Source: an uncultured delta proteobacterium
GTDB taxonomy: Bacteria > Myxococcota > Myxococcia > Myxococcales > Anaeromyxobacteraceae
DNA length: 64,000 bases
Assembly (NCBI GenBank): GCA_963814585.1
Contig: CAWFDF010000004.1
Span: 583,107 to 647,106, forward strand
Direction: 5' to 3'
Under the pieces are notes generated by a model. That model did no database searches, was not told where the DNA came from, and saw only the letters and a list, made by a program, of their open reading frames with translations. Positions 40,416 to 50,694 of the stretch are shown here, in pieces (within the stretch, counting starts at the first letter, position 1; each line of letters begins with the position of its first letter). The translations under genes were made by a program, and so were the position numbers.

Positions 40416-42284
40416 TCACCGAGCCGGCGGCCCGGACCGGACCCGCGGCGTGGCGATGGCGCCGAGCAGGTCGGGGAGGGACGGGTTGCGCCGCAGGACC
40501 GGGTGACGCGGCCCGCCCCGGTAGTCGAGGCGCGCGGTGAGGAAGAACTCGGCGTCCTGGAGGAGCAGCTCCACCGGGACGCCCCTGGCCGAGGACTCCA
40601 CGGCGTCCTGCAGCCGCTCCTTGGAGAGGACGCGGCCGTTCACGCCGATCAGCTTGGCGCCGGCCGGGACGCCGGCCCGGTCCGCCGCGGAGCCTGGAAC
40701 CACGTCGACGACCACGCCGTCCTTCGAGATCCAGACGCCGAGCGAGGCGCCGAGATCGGTCCCGCCGTCGTCGGCGGCCAGCGCCTTCTCGAGGGCGGTC
40801 GGCTCCGGGGCGAAGTCGAGCTTCCAGCCGCCCGCCTCCAGCCCGGCCAGCGGCGGGGAAGTCCTCACCCGATCGACCCGTTCGGCGAAGAAGCCGCCCC
40901 AGTCGTTCGGCGCCACCGCGGCGAGGGCGGCCAGCACGTCCTCGAGCCGGTACGGCCGCACCGAGGGCGAGCCGCCGGGCCCGCCGAGGAAGGCGCGGGC
41001 GAAGTCGTCGAGGGAGCGCGCCCCCCCGGTTCGCTGGCGGATGAGCACGTCCGCCTCCAGCCAGAGGAGCGCGCCCTCCGAGTAGAAGTCCACGCCGCGC
41101 CGCCAGGCCGCGCCTTCCTGGCGAGCTCCGTAGAGCACCGAGGCGGCGGTGGCGGTGTCGGCGAGCGGCCGCCACGAGCGTCCCGCGCTCGCCGTCATCT
41201 CCTGGGCCTGGATCGCCATCACCTCCCGGAAGCCGGTCTCGCCGAGGATGCCGCTGCGCGCCCCCAGCACCTGGCCGAGGTAGTGCGTCAACCCCTCGTA
41301 GACCCAGAGCAGGTCGCCGTGCACCGGCTGCTGGTAGTCCCGGGTCGCCATGCCCGCCGGCCGGCGGTGCTTGCCGTTCCAGGCGTGGACGAACTCATGG
41401 GAGAGGAGGTCGCCCACCAGCGGCCGGGTGAGCGGGTCGTGGAGGGCGCGCTCCCCCATCCGGTTGTCGGACGACTCGTGGTGCTCGAGGCCGAAGGAGG
41501 CCACCTGGTCCGAGAGCGAGAGGAGGAAGGTGTAGGCGCGGTAGTGGCGCGCCCCGAAGAGCGCGCCGCTCTCGGCCACCAGCCGGTCGAGCTGGGCCTT
41601 GAACTCCGGCGGCACCGTCGCCGCCTCGGCGGAGTCGGCCGCCACCACCAGCGTGTGCGGGGGCCCGTCGGCCGGGCCGAGCGCGGTCCGGACGAGGTGG
41701 CGGCCGGCCAGCACCGGCGAGTCCACCAGCGTCTCCAGGCTGGCCGGCTGGAACTGGACGCGCCGCCCCTCGCTCCGCGCCACCGGCAGCGCCGAGCCCA
41801 GGGCCCAGCCCTCCGGCAGCGTCACGCTGGCGGTGACGCGCAGCGACCCCGGATCGGCGCCCTTCGGGTAGAGCAGGACGTGGTTCCAGGAGAGCAGGGC
41901 CAGCCTCGGCGTGGCCGAGGCGCCGGCCGAGTAGCTGCCCTGGCTCGGGGGCGCCTCGAGGGAGTCGAGCGCCACCTCCAGCCTGGTCGCGCCCGGGGGC
42001 ACCACCACGTGGAAGGCGAACAGGTCCTCGACGTCGCGGATCCAGGGCACCGGCGAGCCGTTCGCGGTGATGCGCAGGCCCACCAGGTCGGCGATCGGGC
42101 CGGAGGGGCCGTGCTCGCCCGGGATCCACTTCGGGTAGACCAGGGTGGCCGGGCCAGGCGTGACCGGGATGCCGAGCGTGGCGTGGAGGCGCCGGCGCGG
42201 GGCCTCACGCAGGTCCACCGCGACCTCGAACGAGGGCGGAGGCGCCGCGGCGGCGAGGAGCAGGAGCGCAGCGAGGACGTGCAT
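40416..42284 (-). CDS. M61 family glycyl aminopeptidase with PDZ domain
   Basis: YPKWIPGEH, LVDSPV, GLEHHESS, HEFVHAWNGK, LWVYEGLTHY, C-terminal PDZ. Confidence 0.92.
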   Translation of the reverse strand: MHVLAALLLLAAAAPPPSFEVAVDLREAPRRRLHATLGIPVTPGPATLVYPKWIPGEHGPSGPIADLVGLRITANGSPVPWIRDVEDLFAFHVVVPPGATRLEVALDSLEAPPSQGSYSAGASATPRLALLSWNHVLLYPKGADPGSLRVTASVTLPEGWALGSALPVARSEGRRVQFQPASLETLVDSPVLAGRHLVRTALGPADGPPHTLVVAADSAEAATVPPEFKAQLDRLVAESGALFGARHYRAYTFLLSLSDQVASFGLEHHESSDNRMGERALHDPLTRPLVGDLLSHEFVHAWNGKHRRPAGMATRDYQQPVHGDLLWVYEGLTHYLGQVLGARSGILGETGFREVMAIQAQEMTASAGRSWRPLADTATAASVLYGARQEGAAWRRGVDFYSEGALLWLEADVLIRQRTGGARSLDDFARAFLGGPGGSPSVRPYRLEDVLAALAAVAPNDWGGFFAERVDRVRTSPPLAGLEAGGWKLDFAPEPTALEKALAADDGGTDLGASLGVWISKDGVVVDVVPGSAADRAGVPAGAKLIGVNGRVLSKERLQDAVESSARGVPVELLLQDAEFFLTARLDYRGGPRHPVLRRNPSLPDLLGAIATPRVRSGPPAR

Positions 42285-42458
42285 TCGGGTCTCCGGAACG
42301 GCCGTGCCCGGCCGATGGCGACGCAGGCTACGCCTGGTGCCCTCGCCGGGGCAATTTCCGGAGCCAGGCGCGGCGCGGGTCCGCCGGCGGCGATGGCTTG
42401 CCCGGCGCGGCCCGCGCCGGTAGCTTCCGGGCCTCGACGCCGCGCGCCAGGGAGACTC

Positions 42459-43019
42459 ATGACGATGAAGCCGCCGCTCGCCTCGCTGTCGCTCCTCGCG
42501 CTGCTGGGGTGGGCCCCGCCCTCGCTGGCGGCGCCACCGGTCGATCCGAGGCCCTGGGCCGCGACGCTGCGCGCCGGCGTCTTCGTGCTCAACTCCAACG
42601 GCGTCAGCGGCCACCCCGCCGGCCCCGACGTCGAGCTCACGCTCGGCCGGAGCATCTATGACCTGGTCTCGATCGAGGTGAACGCCGGCGCCTACGCCGC
42701 GCCGCTGACCGGCACCGGGACGCAGCTCACCGTGGTCCCGCTCACCGTGTCGCTCCAGCTCACCGCCGCCCCCGAGCACGGCTTCGAGCCCTACGCGGTG
42801 GCCGGCCTGGGCGCGGCCATCACCCGGCTGAAGGGCGGCTCGCTGGCCGCCGAGAACGCCACCACCATGACCTACCACGCCGGGCTGGGCGTGCGCCGCA
42901 TGCTCGGCGAGGCGGTCTACGGCGGGCTGGAGGCGCGCTACGTCTTCCAGAGCGGTGCCGAGCCGGAGCTGCGCCTGGACGGGCTGCGGATCTCGTTGCT
43001 GGCCGGCGCGCGCTTCTGA
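42459..43019 (+). CDS. Small outer-membrane beta-barrel protein (OmpW/OmpA-barrel-like)
   Basis: GGAG RBS, signal peptide, amphipathic strands (FEPYAVAGLG, GLEARY), C-terminal Phe. Confidence 0.75.
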   Translation: MTMKPPLASLSLLALLGWAPPSLAAPPVDPRPWAATLRAGVFVLNSNGVSGHPAGPDVELTLGRSIYDLVSIEVNAGAYAAPLTGTGTQLTVVPLTVSLQLTAAPEHGFEPYAVAGLGAAITRLKGGSLAAENATTMTYHAGLGVRRMLGEAVYGGLEARYVFQSGAEPELRLDGLRISLLAGARF

Positions 43020-43040
43020 CCGCGGCGGCGGGTGGCGCCG

Positions 43041-43559
43041 TCACTTCACCGGCAGCTTCAGCCCCAGCTCCACCATGGCCAGCAGGGCCTCGGCGTTGCC
43101 GCGAGCGTCGTCGACCGGGTGGTGCGTGTGCGCCGTCTTGCGGAGGTGCTTCCAGGTGGCGTAGCCGTCCTTGACCATGCCGCAGTAGAGGTCGCCGATG
43201 CGCCGGCCGCTCCAGCCGAAGGGGTTCCGCCCCAGCGTCTCCTGGAAGTACCAGGCGATGAACATCCAGTCGAAGGCCAGGTTGTCGGAGCAGAGGACCG
43301 GACGCCCCTTGCTGTTCTGCTTCAGCCAGGCCTCGAAGCGGGCCATCACCTCGCCCGGCTCGTCGAAGCGCAGGTGCTGGTCGCGGGTGACCCCGGAGAT
43401 GGCCAGCGACTCGGGGAGGTACCGATCGCTGATGGGCCGCAGCTGGCCGAAGAAGGACTTCGAGAGCGACGGCTCCACCACCACGGCGCCGAACGAGACC
43501 ATGGAGTAGTGGCCCGGGGTGGGCCCGTCCGACTCCACGTCGACCACGATGAGCGACAT
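43041..43559 (-). CDS. DEDDh 3'-5' exonuclease / exoribonuclease family protein
   Basis: VVDVESDG (ExoI), DNLAFDW (ExoII), HHPVDDA (ExoIII). Confidence 0.8.
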   Translation of the reverse strand: MSLIVVDVESDGPTPGHYSMVSFGAVVVEPSLSKSFFGQLRPISDRYLPESLAISGVTRDQHLRFDEPGEVMARFEAWLKQNSKGRPVLCSDNLAFDWMFIAWYFQETLGRNPFGWSGRRIGDLYCGMVKDGYATWKHLRKTAHTHHPVDDARGNAEALLAMVELGLKLPVK

Positions 43560-43761
43560 GCGCCGGAGTGAAGCACGCCGGGGGCGAGGGGCAAAGCCCG
43601 CGCGGATCCGTCGCGCCGGTGCTCCATGGTGTGTGGTCCTGACCCCGGGTCCCGGGCGCACCGTCCCGTTCGGGGGCGCGCTGAATCGGCGCAGGCTCCT
43701 CTTTGCCGCGTGGATCCGGCAGATTCTGTCGGTCTGGAAATGGGGCGTGAGTACGTGTGCT

Positions 43762-43777
43762 TGGCACGCATCTTTCA
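43762..43777 (+). promoter_or_regulatory. Candidate sigma-54 promoter for the STAS gene
   Basis: TGGCACG-CATC-TTTCA: perfect -24 box, one mismatch at -12. Near-palindrome CCGGCAGATTCTGTCGG at 43716-43732. Confidence 0.4.
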
Positions 43778-43833
43778 TGGCAGTCGTGGATGCGATGGGA
43801 TCTGGGCCGGGGTGGAGCGAGGAGGGACTGGCG

Positions 43834-44142
43834 ATGACGCCTGCCAGCAAGAGGTCAGAGGCCATCCAGGTCTCGGTCGAAGGTCCGTTCGACCTGGCGG
43901 CCGCGCTCCGCGTCGCTCGCGCCCTCGACGATGCCGGCGAGGACACGCTGGTGCGCATCGACCTGACGCGCGTCAGCCACTTCGACGACAGCGGCGTCGC
44001 GGTGCTGGGGCGGGCCCTGGCCGGCCGCCCGCTCGCCCGCGTCCACGGCCTGCGCCGCCACCAGGTCCGGTTGCTGCGCTACCTCGGCGTCGAGGGCTGC
44101 GGGGGCTCCTTCGACCACGCCGAGCCGGCCTGGTCGTCGTAG
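43834..44142 (+). CDS. Small STAS-domain protein (anti-anti-sigma-like)
   Basis: VEGPFD, IDLTRVSHFDDSGVAVL, GL..HQVRLLRYLG; GGAGG RBS. Confidence 0.75.
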   Translation: MTPASKRSEAIQVSVEGPFDLAAALRVARALDDAGEDTLVRIDLTRVSHFDDSGVAVLGRALAGRPLARVHGLRRHQVRLLRYLGVEGCGGSFDHAEPAWSS

Positions 44143-44207
44143 ACGTCGGCCTGGAGCGGGGCGAGGCGCGGCGGCGGCTTTGGGGCTAGACTCCACGGCC
44201 CGCCCGC

Positions 44208-45956
44208 ATGAACGACGTCTCCGGCCACCTCCTCGGCCTCAAGCCCTCGCAGCTCGCCGCCCTGCGCCGCACCTGGCGACGCCGCGTCGACGCCGACCAG
44301 GTGGTCTCCCCGGAGCTGGCCCGCCACCTCACCGGGATCTCGCGGGAGATGGGCCGGCAGGTCGGCGTGCTGCTCGACCGCAAGGGGGACGTGCAGGCGG
44401 TCGTCGTCGGCGACGCGAAGAGGCTGACCCTGCCCGACATCGGCCGCGCCCGCGCCGGCTCGCACCGGCTCCGCGGCCTGCGCCTGGTCCACACCCACCT
44501 CGACGCCGAGCCGCTCACCCGGGACGACCAGACCGACCTGGCGCTGCTCCGGCTCGACCTCGTCGCCGCCGTCGAGACGCTCCCCGACGGCCTCCCCGGC
44601 CGGATCCACCTGGCCTGGCTCATCCCGGAGAACCCGGCCGGCGCCCTCTGGCAGGAGGAGACGGTCGCCTCGGTCCACGACCTGCGCCACGACGCGCTGG
44701 CCGGCGCGCTGGCGCTGGAGGACGAGTTCGCCCGGGCCCGCACGGCCCGCCGCACCGGCGGACGGGAGCGGGCCATCCTGGTGGGCGTCTCGGGGCGCAA
44801 GCGCTCGCGCGAGGAGGGCGAGGCCTCGCTCGAGGAGCTGAGGGAACTGGCCCGCACCGCCGGCGTCGACGTGGTGGACGCCACGCTGCAGCACCGCAAC
44901 CAGATCGATCCGCGCACCCTCATCGGCAAGGGGAAGCTGGGGGACATCCTGCTCCGCTCCATGCAGCTGATGGCGGACCTGATCGTCTTCGACGCCGACC
45001 TCTCGCCGTCGCAGGCCATCCACATCGCCGAGGCCACCAGCCTCAAGATCCTCGACCGGACGCAGCTCATCCTCGACATCTTCGCGCAGCGGGCGCAGAG
45101 CGCCGACGGCAAGCTGCAGGTGGAGCTGGCGCAGCTCAAGTACCTCTACCCGCGCCTGGCGGGGCGCGACGACTCGCTCTCCCGCCTGGCCGGCGGCATC
45201 GGCGGCCGCGGCCCCGGTGAGACCAAGCTGGAGATCGACCGGCGCCGGGTCCGCGACCGGATCACCGCGCTGGAGCGCCGGGTGGCCGGCCTCTCCAGGG
45301 ACCGCCACCTGCGCCGGCGGCAGCGCAACGACCGAGGCCTGCCGGTCCTCTCCATCGTGGGCTACACCAACGCCGGCAAGTCCACCCTGCTCAACGCCCT
45401 CACCCACTCGGCGGTGCTGGTGGAGGACAAGCTCTTCGCCACCCTCGATCCGACCAGCCGCCGGCTCCGCTTCCCGCGCGATCGCGAGGTGATCATCACC
45501 GACACGGTGGGGTTCATCCGCGACCTCCCCAGGGACCTGGTGGCCGCCTTCAGCGCCACGCTCGAGGAGCTGGCCGACGCCGACCTGCTGCTCCACGTGG
45601 TCGACGCCGCCGATCCACGACGCGACCAGCAGGTGCGGGCGGTGGACGGCATCCTGCGGGACCTCGGGCTGATGGAGAAGAAGCGGGTCCTGGTGTTCAA
45701 CAAGGTCGACCGGCTCCCGCCCGGCGAGGGGGCGGCGCTGGCCCACCAGGCCGGCGGCGTGGCCGTCTCGGCCGCGACCCGCGCCGGGCTCGACGACCTG
45801 CTCCACCGCTGCGACCGGCTGCTCTGGGACGAGGGCCGGGTGGCCTTCGCCGACGTGGAGGCGGGCGCGCCCGCGCCGGCCCCGGGGCCAGCCGCGGCTT
45901 CCGCTGGAACGGGGGCGGCCTCCGGGCTAGATTCCCGCAGCCGCCGACACCCCTGA
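44208..45956 (+). CDS. hflX: GTPase HflX (long N-terminus form)
   Basis: DRTQLILDIFAQRA, GRGPGETKLEIDRR, GYTNAGKS, LFATLDPT, DTVG, NKVD. Confidence 0.96.
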   Translation: MNDVSGHLLGLKPSQLAALRRTWRRRVDADQVVSPELARHLTGISREMGRQVGVLLDRKGDVQAVVVGDAKRLTLPDIGRARAGSHRLRGLRLVHTHLDAEPLTRDDQTDLALLRLDLVAAVETLPDGLPGRIHLAWLIPENPAGALWQEETVASVHDLRHDALAGALALEDEFARARTARRTGGRERAILVGVSGRKRSREEGEASLEELRELARTAGVDVVDATLQHRNQIDPRTLIGKGKLGDILLRSMQLMADLIVFDADLSPSQAIHIAEATSLKILDRTQLILDIFAQRAQSADGKLQVELAQLKYLYPRLAGRDDSLSRLAGGIGGRGPGETKLEIDRRRVRDRITALERRVAGLSRDRHLRRRQRNDRGLPVLSIVGYTNAGKSTLLNALTHSAVLVEDKLFATLDPTSRRLRFPRDREVIITDTVGFIRDLPRDLVAAFSATLEELADADLLLHVVDAADPRRDQQVRAVDGILRDLGLMEKKRVLVFNKVDRLPPGEGAALAHQAGGVAVSAATRAGLDDLLHRCDRLLWDEGRVAFADVEAGAPAPAPGPAAASAGTGAASGLDSRSRRHP

Positions 45957-45973
45957 AGCCGCCCGGAGCCATC

Positions 45974-48040
45974 ATGAGCGCCCCCGCCTCCTCCCCCTCC
46001 GCTCCGGCGAAGGAGTTCCAGCCGTACGTCGCCGCCGAGACCAGCCTCGCCGAGCTGACCCCCAAGGCGGTCGTCACCGGGGCCATCTTCGGCATCGTCT
46101 TCGGCGCCTCGACCGTCTACCTGGCCCTCAAGGCCGGCCTGACCGTCTCCGCCTCGATCCCCATCGCCGTCATCGCCATCTCGCTGGGGCGCAAGTTCCT
46201 CAAGACCACCATCCTGGAGAACAACATCATCCAGACGGCCGGATCGGCGGGCGAGTCGATCGCCGCCGGCGTGGTCTTCACCCTCCCCGGCTTCCTCTTC
46301 CTCTCCACCGACGCCACCACCGGGGTCTCGGTCGGCGCCGGCTACTTCGCCCCCCTCACCCTCTTCACGCTGGCGGTCATCGGCGGCATCCTCGGCGTGC
46401 TGATGATGGTGCCGCTGCGCCGCGCCCTCATCGTCAAGGAGCACGCCGAGCTGAAGTACCCGGAGGGCGCCGCCTGCGCCGCCGTGCTCATCGCCGGCGA
46501 GAAGGGGGGCGACTTCGCCAGGACCGCCTTCCAGGGCGTCGGCATCGCCATGGTCTACGCCGTCCTGCAGAAGGTCTTCCACGTCATCGCCGAGACCCCG
46601 GCCTGGGTCACCTCCAGGGCCAGCAAGTTCCTCCCCAACGCCACCGTCAACGGCGAGATCACGCCCGAGTACATGGGGGTCGGCTACATCATCGGCCCGA
46701 AGATCGCCGGCGTGCTGGTGGCCGGCGGCGTGCTGGCCTGGCTCGGCCTCATCCCGCTGCTGGGCTTCCTGGTGCCGGGCGACGTGGTCGCCGCCCAGCT
46801 GCTCAAGGTGGGCAACACCCCGGCCCAGTTCGGCTGGGATCCGGCCACCCACACCTTCGCCAACACCACCAACGCCATCTACCGCGCCTACGTCCGCCAG
46901 ATCGGCGCCGGCGCCGTGGCCGCCGGCGGCTTCATCACCCTGCTCAAGACCCTTCCCACCATCTACTCTTCGCTGCGCGACTCCATCCGCTCGCTCTCCG
47001 ACAAGACCGCCGCGGCCAGCGTCAAGCGGACCGACCGCGACCTCTCCTTCGTGACCGTCATCCTCGGCAGCCTGGGGCTGGTGGCGGTGCTGGTGGCGCT
47101 CCCCTTCATGCCGGGCAACTCCTTCCTCAACCGGCTGCTGGTGGCGGTGCTGGTCATCGTCTTCGGCTTCATCTTCGTGACCGTCTCCTCGCGCATCGTC
47201 GGCCTGATCGGCTCCTCCTCCAACCCCATCTCCGGCATGACCATCGCCACGCTGATGGCCACCGCCATGGTCTTCGTGGGCGTGGGCTGGACGGGGTCGG
47301 CCTACGAGCCCATGGCGCTGGTGGTGGGCGGCATGGTCTGCATCGCCGCCGCCAACGGCGGCGCCACCTCGCAGGACCTCAAGACCGGCTTCCTGGTCGG
47401 CGCCACGCCCCGGGCCCAGCAGATCTCGCTGTTCGTGGGCGCCATCGCCTCGGCGGTGGTGATCGGCTGGACCGTGAACCTGCTCGACCAGCCGTCCACC
47501 GAGCAGCTGGCGGCCGGGATCACCCACGTCATCGGCACCGAGAGGTTCCCGGCCCCGCAAGGGACGCTGATGGCGACGCTCATCAAGGGGCTGCTCTCGC
47601 TCAACCTCGACTGGATCTACGTGCTGGTCGGCGTCTTCGTCTCCGTCACCATGGAGCTCTGCGGCGTGAAGGCCCTCTCCTTCGCCGTCGGCCTCTACCT
47701 GCCGCTCTCCACCACCCTCCCCATCTTCGCCGGCGGCGTGGTCAAGGGGCTGGTGGACGCGGTGGCGAGGAAGCGGGGCGGCGCGGCGGAGGACTCCGAG
47801 CTGGGCGGCGGCTCGCTCATGGCCACCGGCCTGGTGGCCGGCGGCGCCCTCACCGGCGTGGTGGTGGCGCTGCTCAGCGTCAACGAGGGCATCTCCAGGC
47901 AGATGGCGAAGCTCAACCTCGAGCCGGCCATCACCGGCGTCGTCGGCCACGGCGGCTTCACGCTGCTCGGCGTCGCCTTCTTCGTCGGCCTCGGCGTCAT
48001 GCTCTACCGCGCCTCGCAGAAGCCGACCCCCACCGTCTGA
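45974..48040 (+). CDS. OPT family oligopeptide transporter
   Basis: [54 protein letters not shown]; many TM segments. Confidence 0.94.
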   Translation: MSAPASSPSAPAKEFQPYVAAETSLAELTPKAVVTGAIFGIVFGASTVYLALKAGLTVSASIPIAVIAISLGRKFLKTTILENNIIQTAGSAGESIAAGVVFTLPGFLFLSTDATTGVSVGAGYFAPLTLFTLAVIGGILGVLMMVPLRRALIVKEHAELKYPEGAACAAVLIAGEKGGDFARTAFQGVGIAMVYAVLQKVFHVIAETPAWVTSRASKFLPNATVNGEITPEYMGVGYIIGPKIAGVLVAGGVLAWLGLIPLLGFLVPGDVVAAQLLKVGNTPAQFGWDPATHTFANTTNAIYRAYVRQIGAGAVAAGGFITLLKTLPTIYSSLRDSIRSLSDKTAAASVKRTDRDLSFVTVILGSLGLVAVLVALPFMPGNSFLNRLLVAVLVIVFGFIFVTVSSRIVGLIGSSSNPISGMTIATLMATAMVFVGVGWTGSAYEPMALVVGGMVCIAAANGGATSQDLKTGFLVGATPRAQQISLFVGAIASAVVIGWTVNLLDQPSTEQLAAGITHVIGTERFPAPQGTLMATLIKGLLSLNLDWIYVLVGVFVSVTMELCGVKALSFAVGLYLPLSTTLPIFAGGVVKGLVDAVARKRGGAAEDSELGGGSLMATGLVAGGALTGVVVALLSVNEGISRQMAKLNLEPAITGVVGHGGFTLLGVAFFVGLGVMLYRASQKPTPTV

Positions 48041-49029
48041 TGACCGGCCGGTCCGCCATCGCCCTCGTGGCGTGCGTGGCGGCCCTGGCCGCCTGCTCGC
48101 GCGGCGCGCCGCAGGCGCCGGCGCCGGCGAGCGGCCCCACCGGGAGCGGCTGGGCCGGTGGCGCGGCCCCGGCCGCGCTCGACTGGGAGCACCCGGTGGC
48201 CTTCCTGGCCCTGGACGCCGGCGAGGCGGCACGCCGGCTCGGCTCGTTCGAATGGGCCGGGACGGCCAGCTTCACGGTCACCTCGCAGGCCGCTGGCGCC
48301 GGCCAGGTCCACGTCGCCGAGCGCCACCGGGTGCGCCAGTCGGTCGACGGGGACTTCGAGGTCGACGCCGAGATCGACGAGGGGCGCGGCCCCGGCGGCG
48401 AGGTGGGCAAGCACGTGGCCTTCGTGGGCGGGCTCACCTACGCCCGCGCCCAGTTCGCCCCCTGGCGGAAGCGGCCCACCGACCACGGCCGCGACGCCCG
48501 CCGCTTCCGCGACGAGAGCTTCACGCTGGCCGGCGACCTGGCCCGGCTCCATGGACCGGCGCTGCGGCTGACGCCCTCCGGGGAGACCAGCTTCCTCGGC
48601 CGCCCGGCACGCCGCTACGCCGTCTCGCTGGCGCGCGAGGCGCCCGTCGCGGCGGTCGCCGACCCGCGCACCTTCCCGTCCGGAGGCCCGGACGAGGAGA
48701 CCCGGCGTCACCTCGCCTTCCTCGACGGCCGGGTCCCGGTGGCGGCCGGCGGCGAGCTGCTCCTCGACGCCGGCACCGGGGTCCCGCTCATGGCGCGGAT
48801 CTCCGGCGCCTTCTCGGTGAAGGACGACCCGCGGCTGCGCGTCCAGGTGGAGGTCTCCGGCGAGGTGAAGGCGCTGGGGCCCGGGGTGGCGGCGGTGGTG
48901 GCGCCCAGGAACGCGCTCGAGGACTCGCGCAAGCCGCCCGGCGTGGCGCTGGCGCTGGAGCGGGCCGGCTTCAAGTCGCGCGAGAAGGCGGCCGCGGCCG
49001 AGCCGGCCGACGAGCCCGAGGCGCCCTGA
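48040..49029 (+). CDS. Hypothetical lipoprotein
   Basis: Lipobox LAAC, start overlaps the OPT stop, beta-rich sequence. Confidence 0.7.
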   Translation: MTGRSAIALVACVAALAACSRGAPQAPAPASGPTGSGWAGGAAPAALDWEHPVAFLALDAGEAARRLGSFEWAGTASFTVTSQAAGAGQVHVAERHRVRQSVDGDFEVDAEIDEGRGPGGEVGKHVAFVGGLTYARAQFAPWRKRPTDHGRDARRFRDESFTLAGDLARLHGPALRLTPSGETSFLGRPARRYAVSLAREAPVAAVADPRTFPSGGPDEETRRHLAFLDGRVPVAAGGELLLDAGTGVPLMARISGAFSVKDDPRLRVQVEVSGEVKALGPGVAAVVAPRNALEDSRKPPGVALALERAGFKSREKAAAAEPADEPEAP

Positions 49030-49095
49030 TCTCGCCGCATGCGGTCCGCCGCCGCGCCTGACCGCGCTGCTCGCCCGGCCGGCGTCGAGCGGGGC

Positions 49096-49674
49096 TCACT
49101 TCCGCAGCTCCAGCTTCATCACCGGGCGCGTCCGGGCCTTCCGCGCCACCTCGCTGAAGCCGGCCTTCACGAAGGTGGAGAAGGCGCCGGGGTAGAGCCA
49201 GGGGCCGGCCAGCGGACGGTCCGAGTCGATGGGGTAGCCCTCGACCGCCGGCGCACCGTGCTGGCGAGCGTGGGCCGCGGCGGCGGCGAGCAGCCGGCCC
49301 GCCACCCCCTTCCCCCGCCAGCCGCGGGCCACGAAGAAGCAGGGGATCGACCACGTCGGACGCTCGTCGACCACCGGCAGGTTGCGCGAGATGGCCAGGC
49401 GCCGGTAGCGGGCCCGCGGCTCCACCGCCACCCAGCCCACCGGCTCGTCTCCCCGGTAGGCCAGCAGCCCGGGCAGCTCGCCCCGCCGCACGCTGCGCCG
49501 GAGGGCGGCGTGGTTGGCCTCCCCCTTCCCGGCCCGGTACTCGGCGGGGGACTGCTTCCAGAACTGGCACCAGCAGCCCTCGCAGGCGCCGTTCGCGCCG
49601 AAGAGCGCCTCCAGGTCCGGCCAGCGGTCGGGCGTGGCGGGGTGGAAGGCGAGGCGGAGCCGTGGCGTGGTCAT
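49096..49674 (-). CDS. GNAT family N-acetyltransferase
   Basis: CEGCWC, PVGWVAVEP, WSIPCFFV..GWRGKGVA, VEGYP. Confidence 0.88.
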   Translation of the reverse strand: MTTPRLRLAFHPATPDRWPDLEALFGANGACEGCWCQFWKQSPAEYRAGKGEANHAALRRSVRRGELPGLLAYRGDEPVGWVAVEPRARYRRLAISRNLPVVDERPTWSIPCFFVARGWRGKGVAGRLLAAAAAHARQHGAPAVEGYPIDSDRPLAGPWLYPGAFSTFVKAGFSEVARKARTRPVMKLELRK

Positions 49675-49683
49675 GGCGCCGGC

Positions 49684-50124
49684 TCAGCGGAACCGCGCCC
49701 ACTCGACCTTGAGGCAGCGATCCTGCACCACCTGGATGCCGGCCCGGGCCAGCCGCTCGGCCGCCGCCTCGTTGCGGATGCCGAGCTGGAACCAGGCCGC
49801 CCTCGGCTTCTTGGCGATGATGTCGTCGACGTGGGCGTCGATGTCCGACGGCTTGCGGAAGACGTCGACGATGTCGACCGGCCCGGGCACGTCGGCCACC
49901 TTCCGGTAGACCTTCCTTCCCAGGATCTCGGTGACGTCCGGGTAGAAGACCGGCACCGGGATCACGTCGCCGCCGTGGTCGGCGACGAACCTGGCCACGT
50001 AGTGGGCCGCCTGGTCGGCCTTCTCCTCGGTCTTGATCCCGAGCACGGCGATCCGGCTGGCGCCCTTCACCAGCGCCCCGATCCGCGCGTCGTCCTCGAG
50101 CAGGTTCTGCGTCCAGTCGCCCAT
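49684..50124 (-). CDS. CoA-binding protein (YccU-like)
   Basis: IAVLG, VDIVDVFR, WFQLGI, VVQDRCLKVE. Confidence 0.9.
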   Translation of the reverse strand: MGDWTQNLLEDDARIGALVKGASRIAVLGIKTEEKADQAAHYVARFVADHGGDVIPVPVFYPDVTEILGRKVYRKVADVPGPVDIVDVFRKPSDIDAHVDDIIAKKPRAAWFQLGIRNEAAAERLARAGIQVVQDRCLKVEWARFR

Positions 50125-50290
50125 ATGGGTCCACCTCCTCCCTTGTCTTGGCGAGCCCGGGCCTCCGGCGCAAGCGGTCTCACGGGGCTGGATGGGGCGG
50201 GTGGACCCGAAAACTGGACGGAGCCGGCTCGCCGCCTACGATGAGGTCCTGGGCGCCCTCCAGCGCCGGCGGTCACCCGAGGTGGAGAAG

Positions 50291-50659
50291 ATGGACGAGA
50301 AGCGGAGGAGCACCAGGTCCCGCCACGCCGTGGTGACCGAGGCCGCGGCCCAGGCCGCGCTGCGCCGGGGCCAGGCCCGGGAGCTCACGCCCGAGGAGGA
50401 CAAGGTGATGCGCCTGCGGCTGGGCGCGACGCCGCCGGCCTCCACGACGCTGGAGTGGACCGAGGAGGAGCTCTCCGAGGACCTCCAGATCGAGCTGCAG
50501 GCCATGCAGATCGAGGCGTGGATGAAGTGGAAGGCCCACCTGGCCGCCCAGCGCGCCCCTCGCGCCGCCACCGTCCGCGCCGCACCGGCGACGGCGCCGG
50601 CCCAGCGTCCGTCGCGCGCCAAGGAGAAGATCATCCGGGCCCTGCGGCGCAAGCCGTAG
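50291..50659 (+). CDS. Hypothetical protein with a sigma-70 region 4.1-like segment
   Basis: GGAG RBS, strongly G/C-ending codons; LTPEEDKVMRLRLG; basic C-terminus. Confidence 0.6.
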   Translation: MDEKRRSTRSRHAVVTEAAAQAALRRGQARELTPEEDKVMRLRLGATPPASTTLEWTEEELSEDLQIELQAMQIEAWMKWKAHLAAQRAPRAATVRAAPATAPAQRPSRAKEKIIRALRRKP

Positions 50660-50694
50660 GGCTCCTCGCCTGGCCTGAGGCGTGGGGCCTGGCC

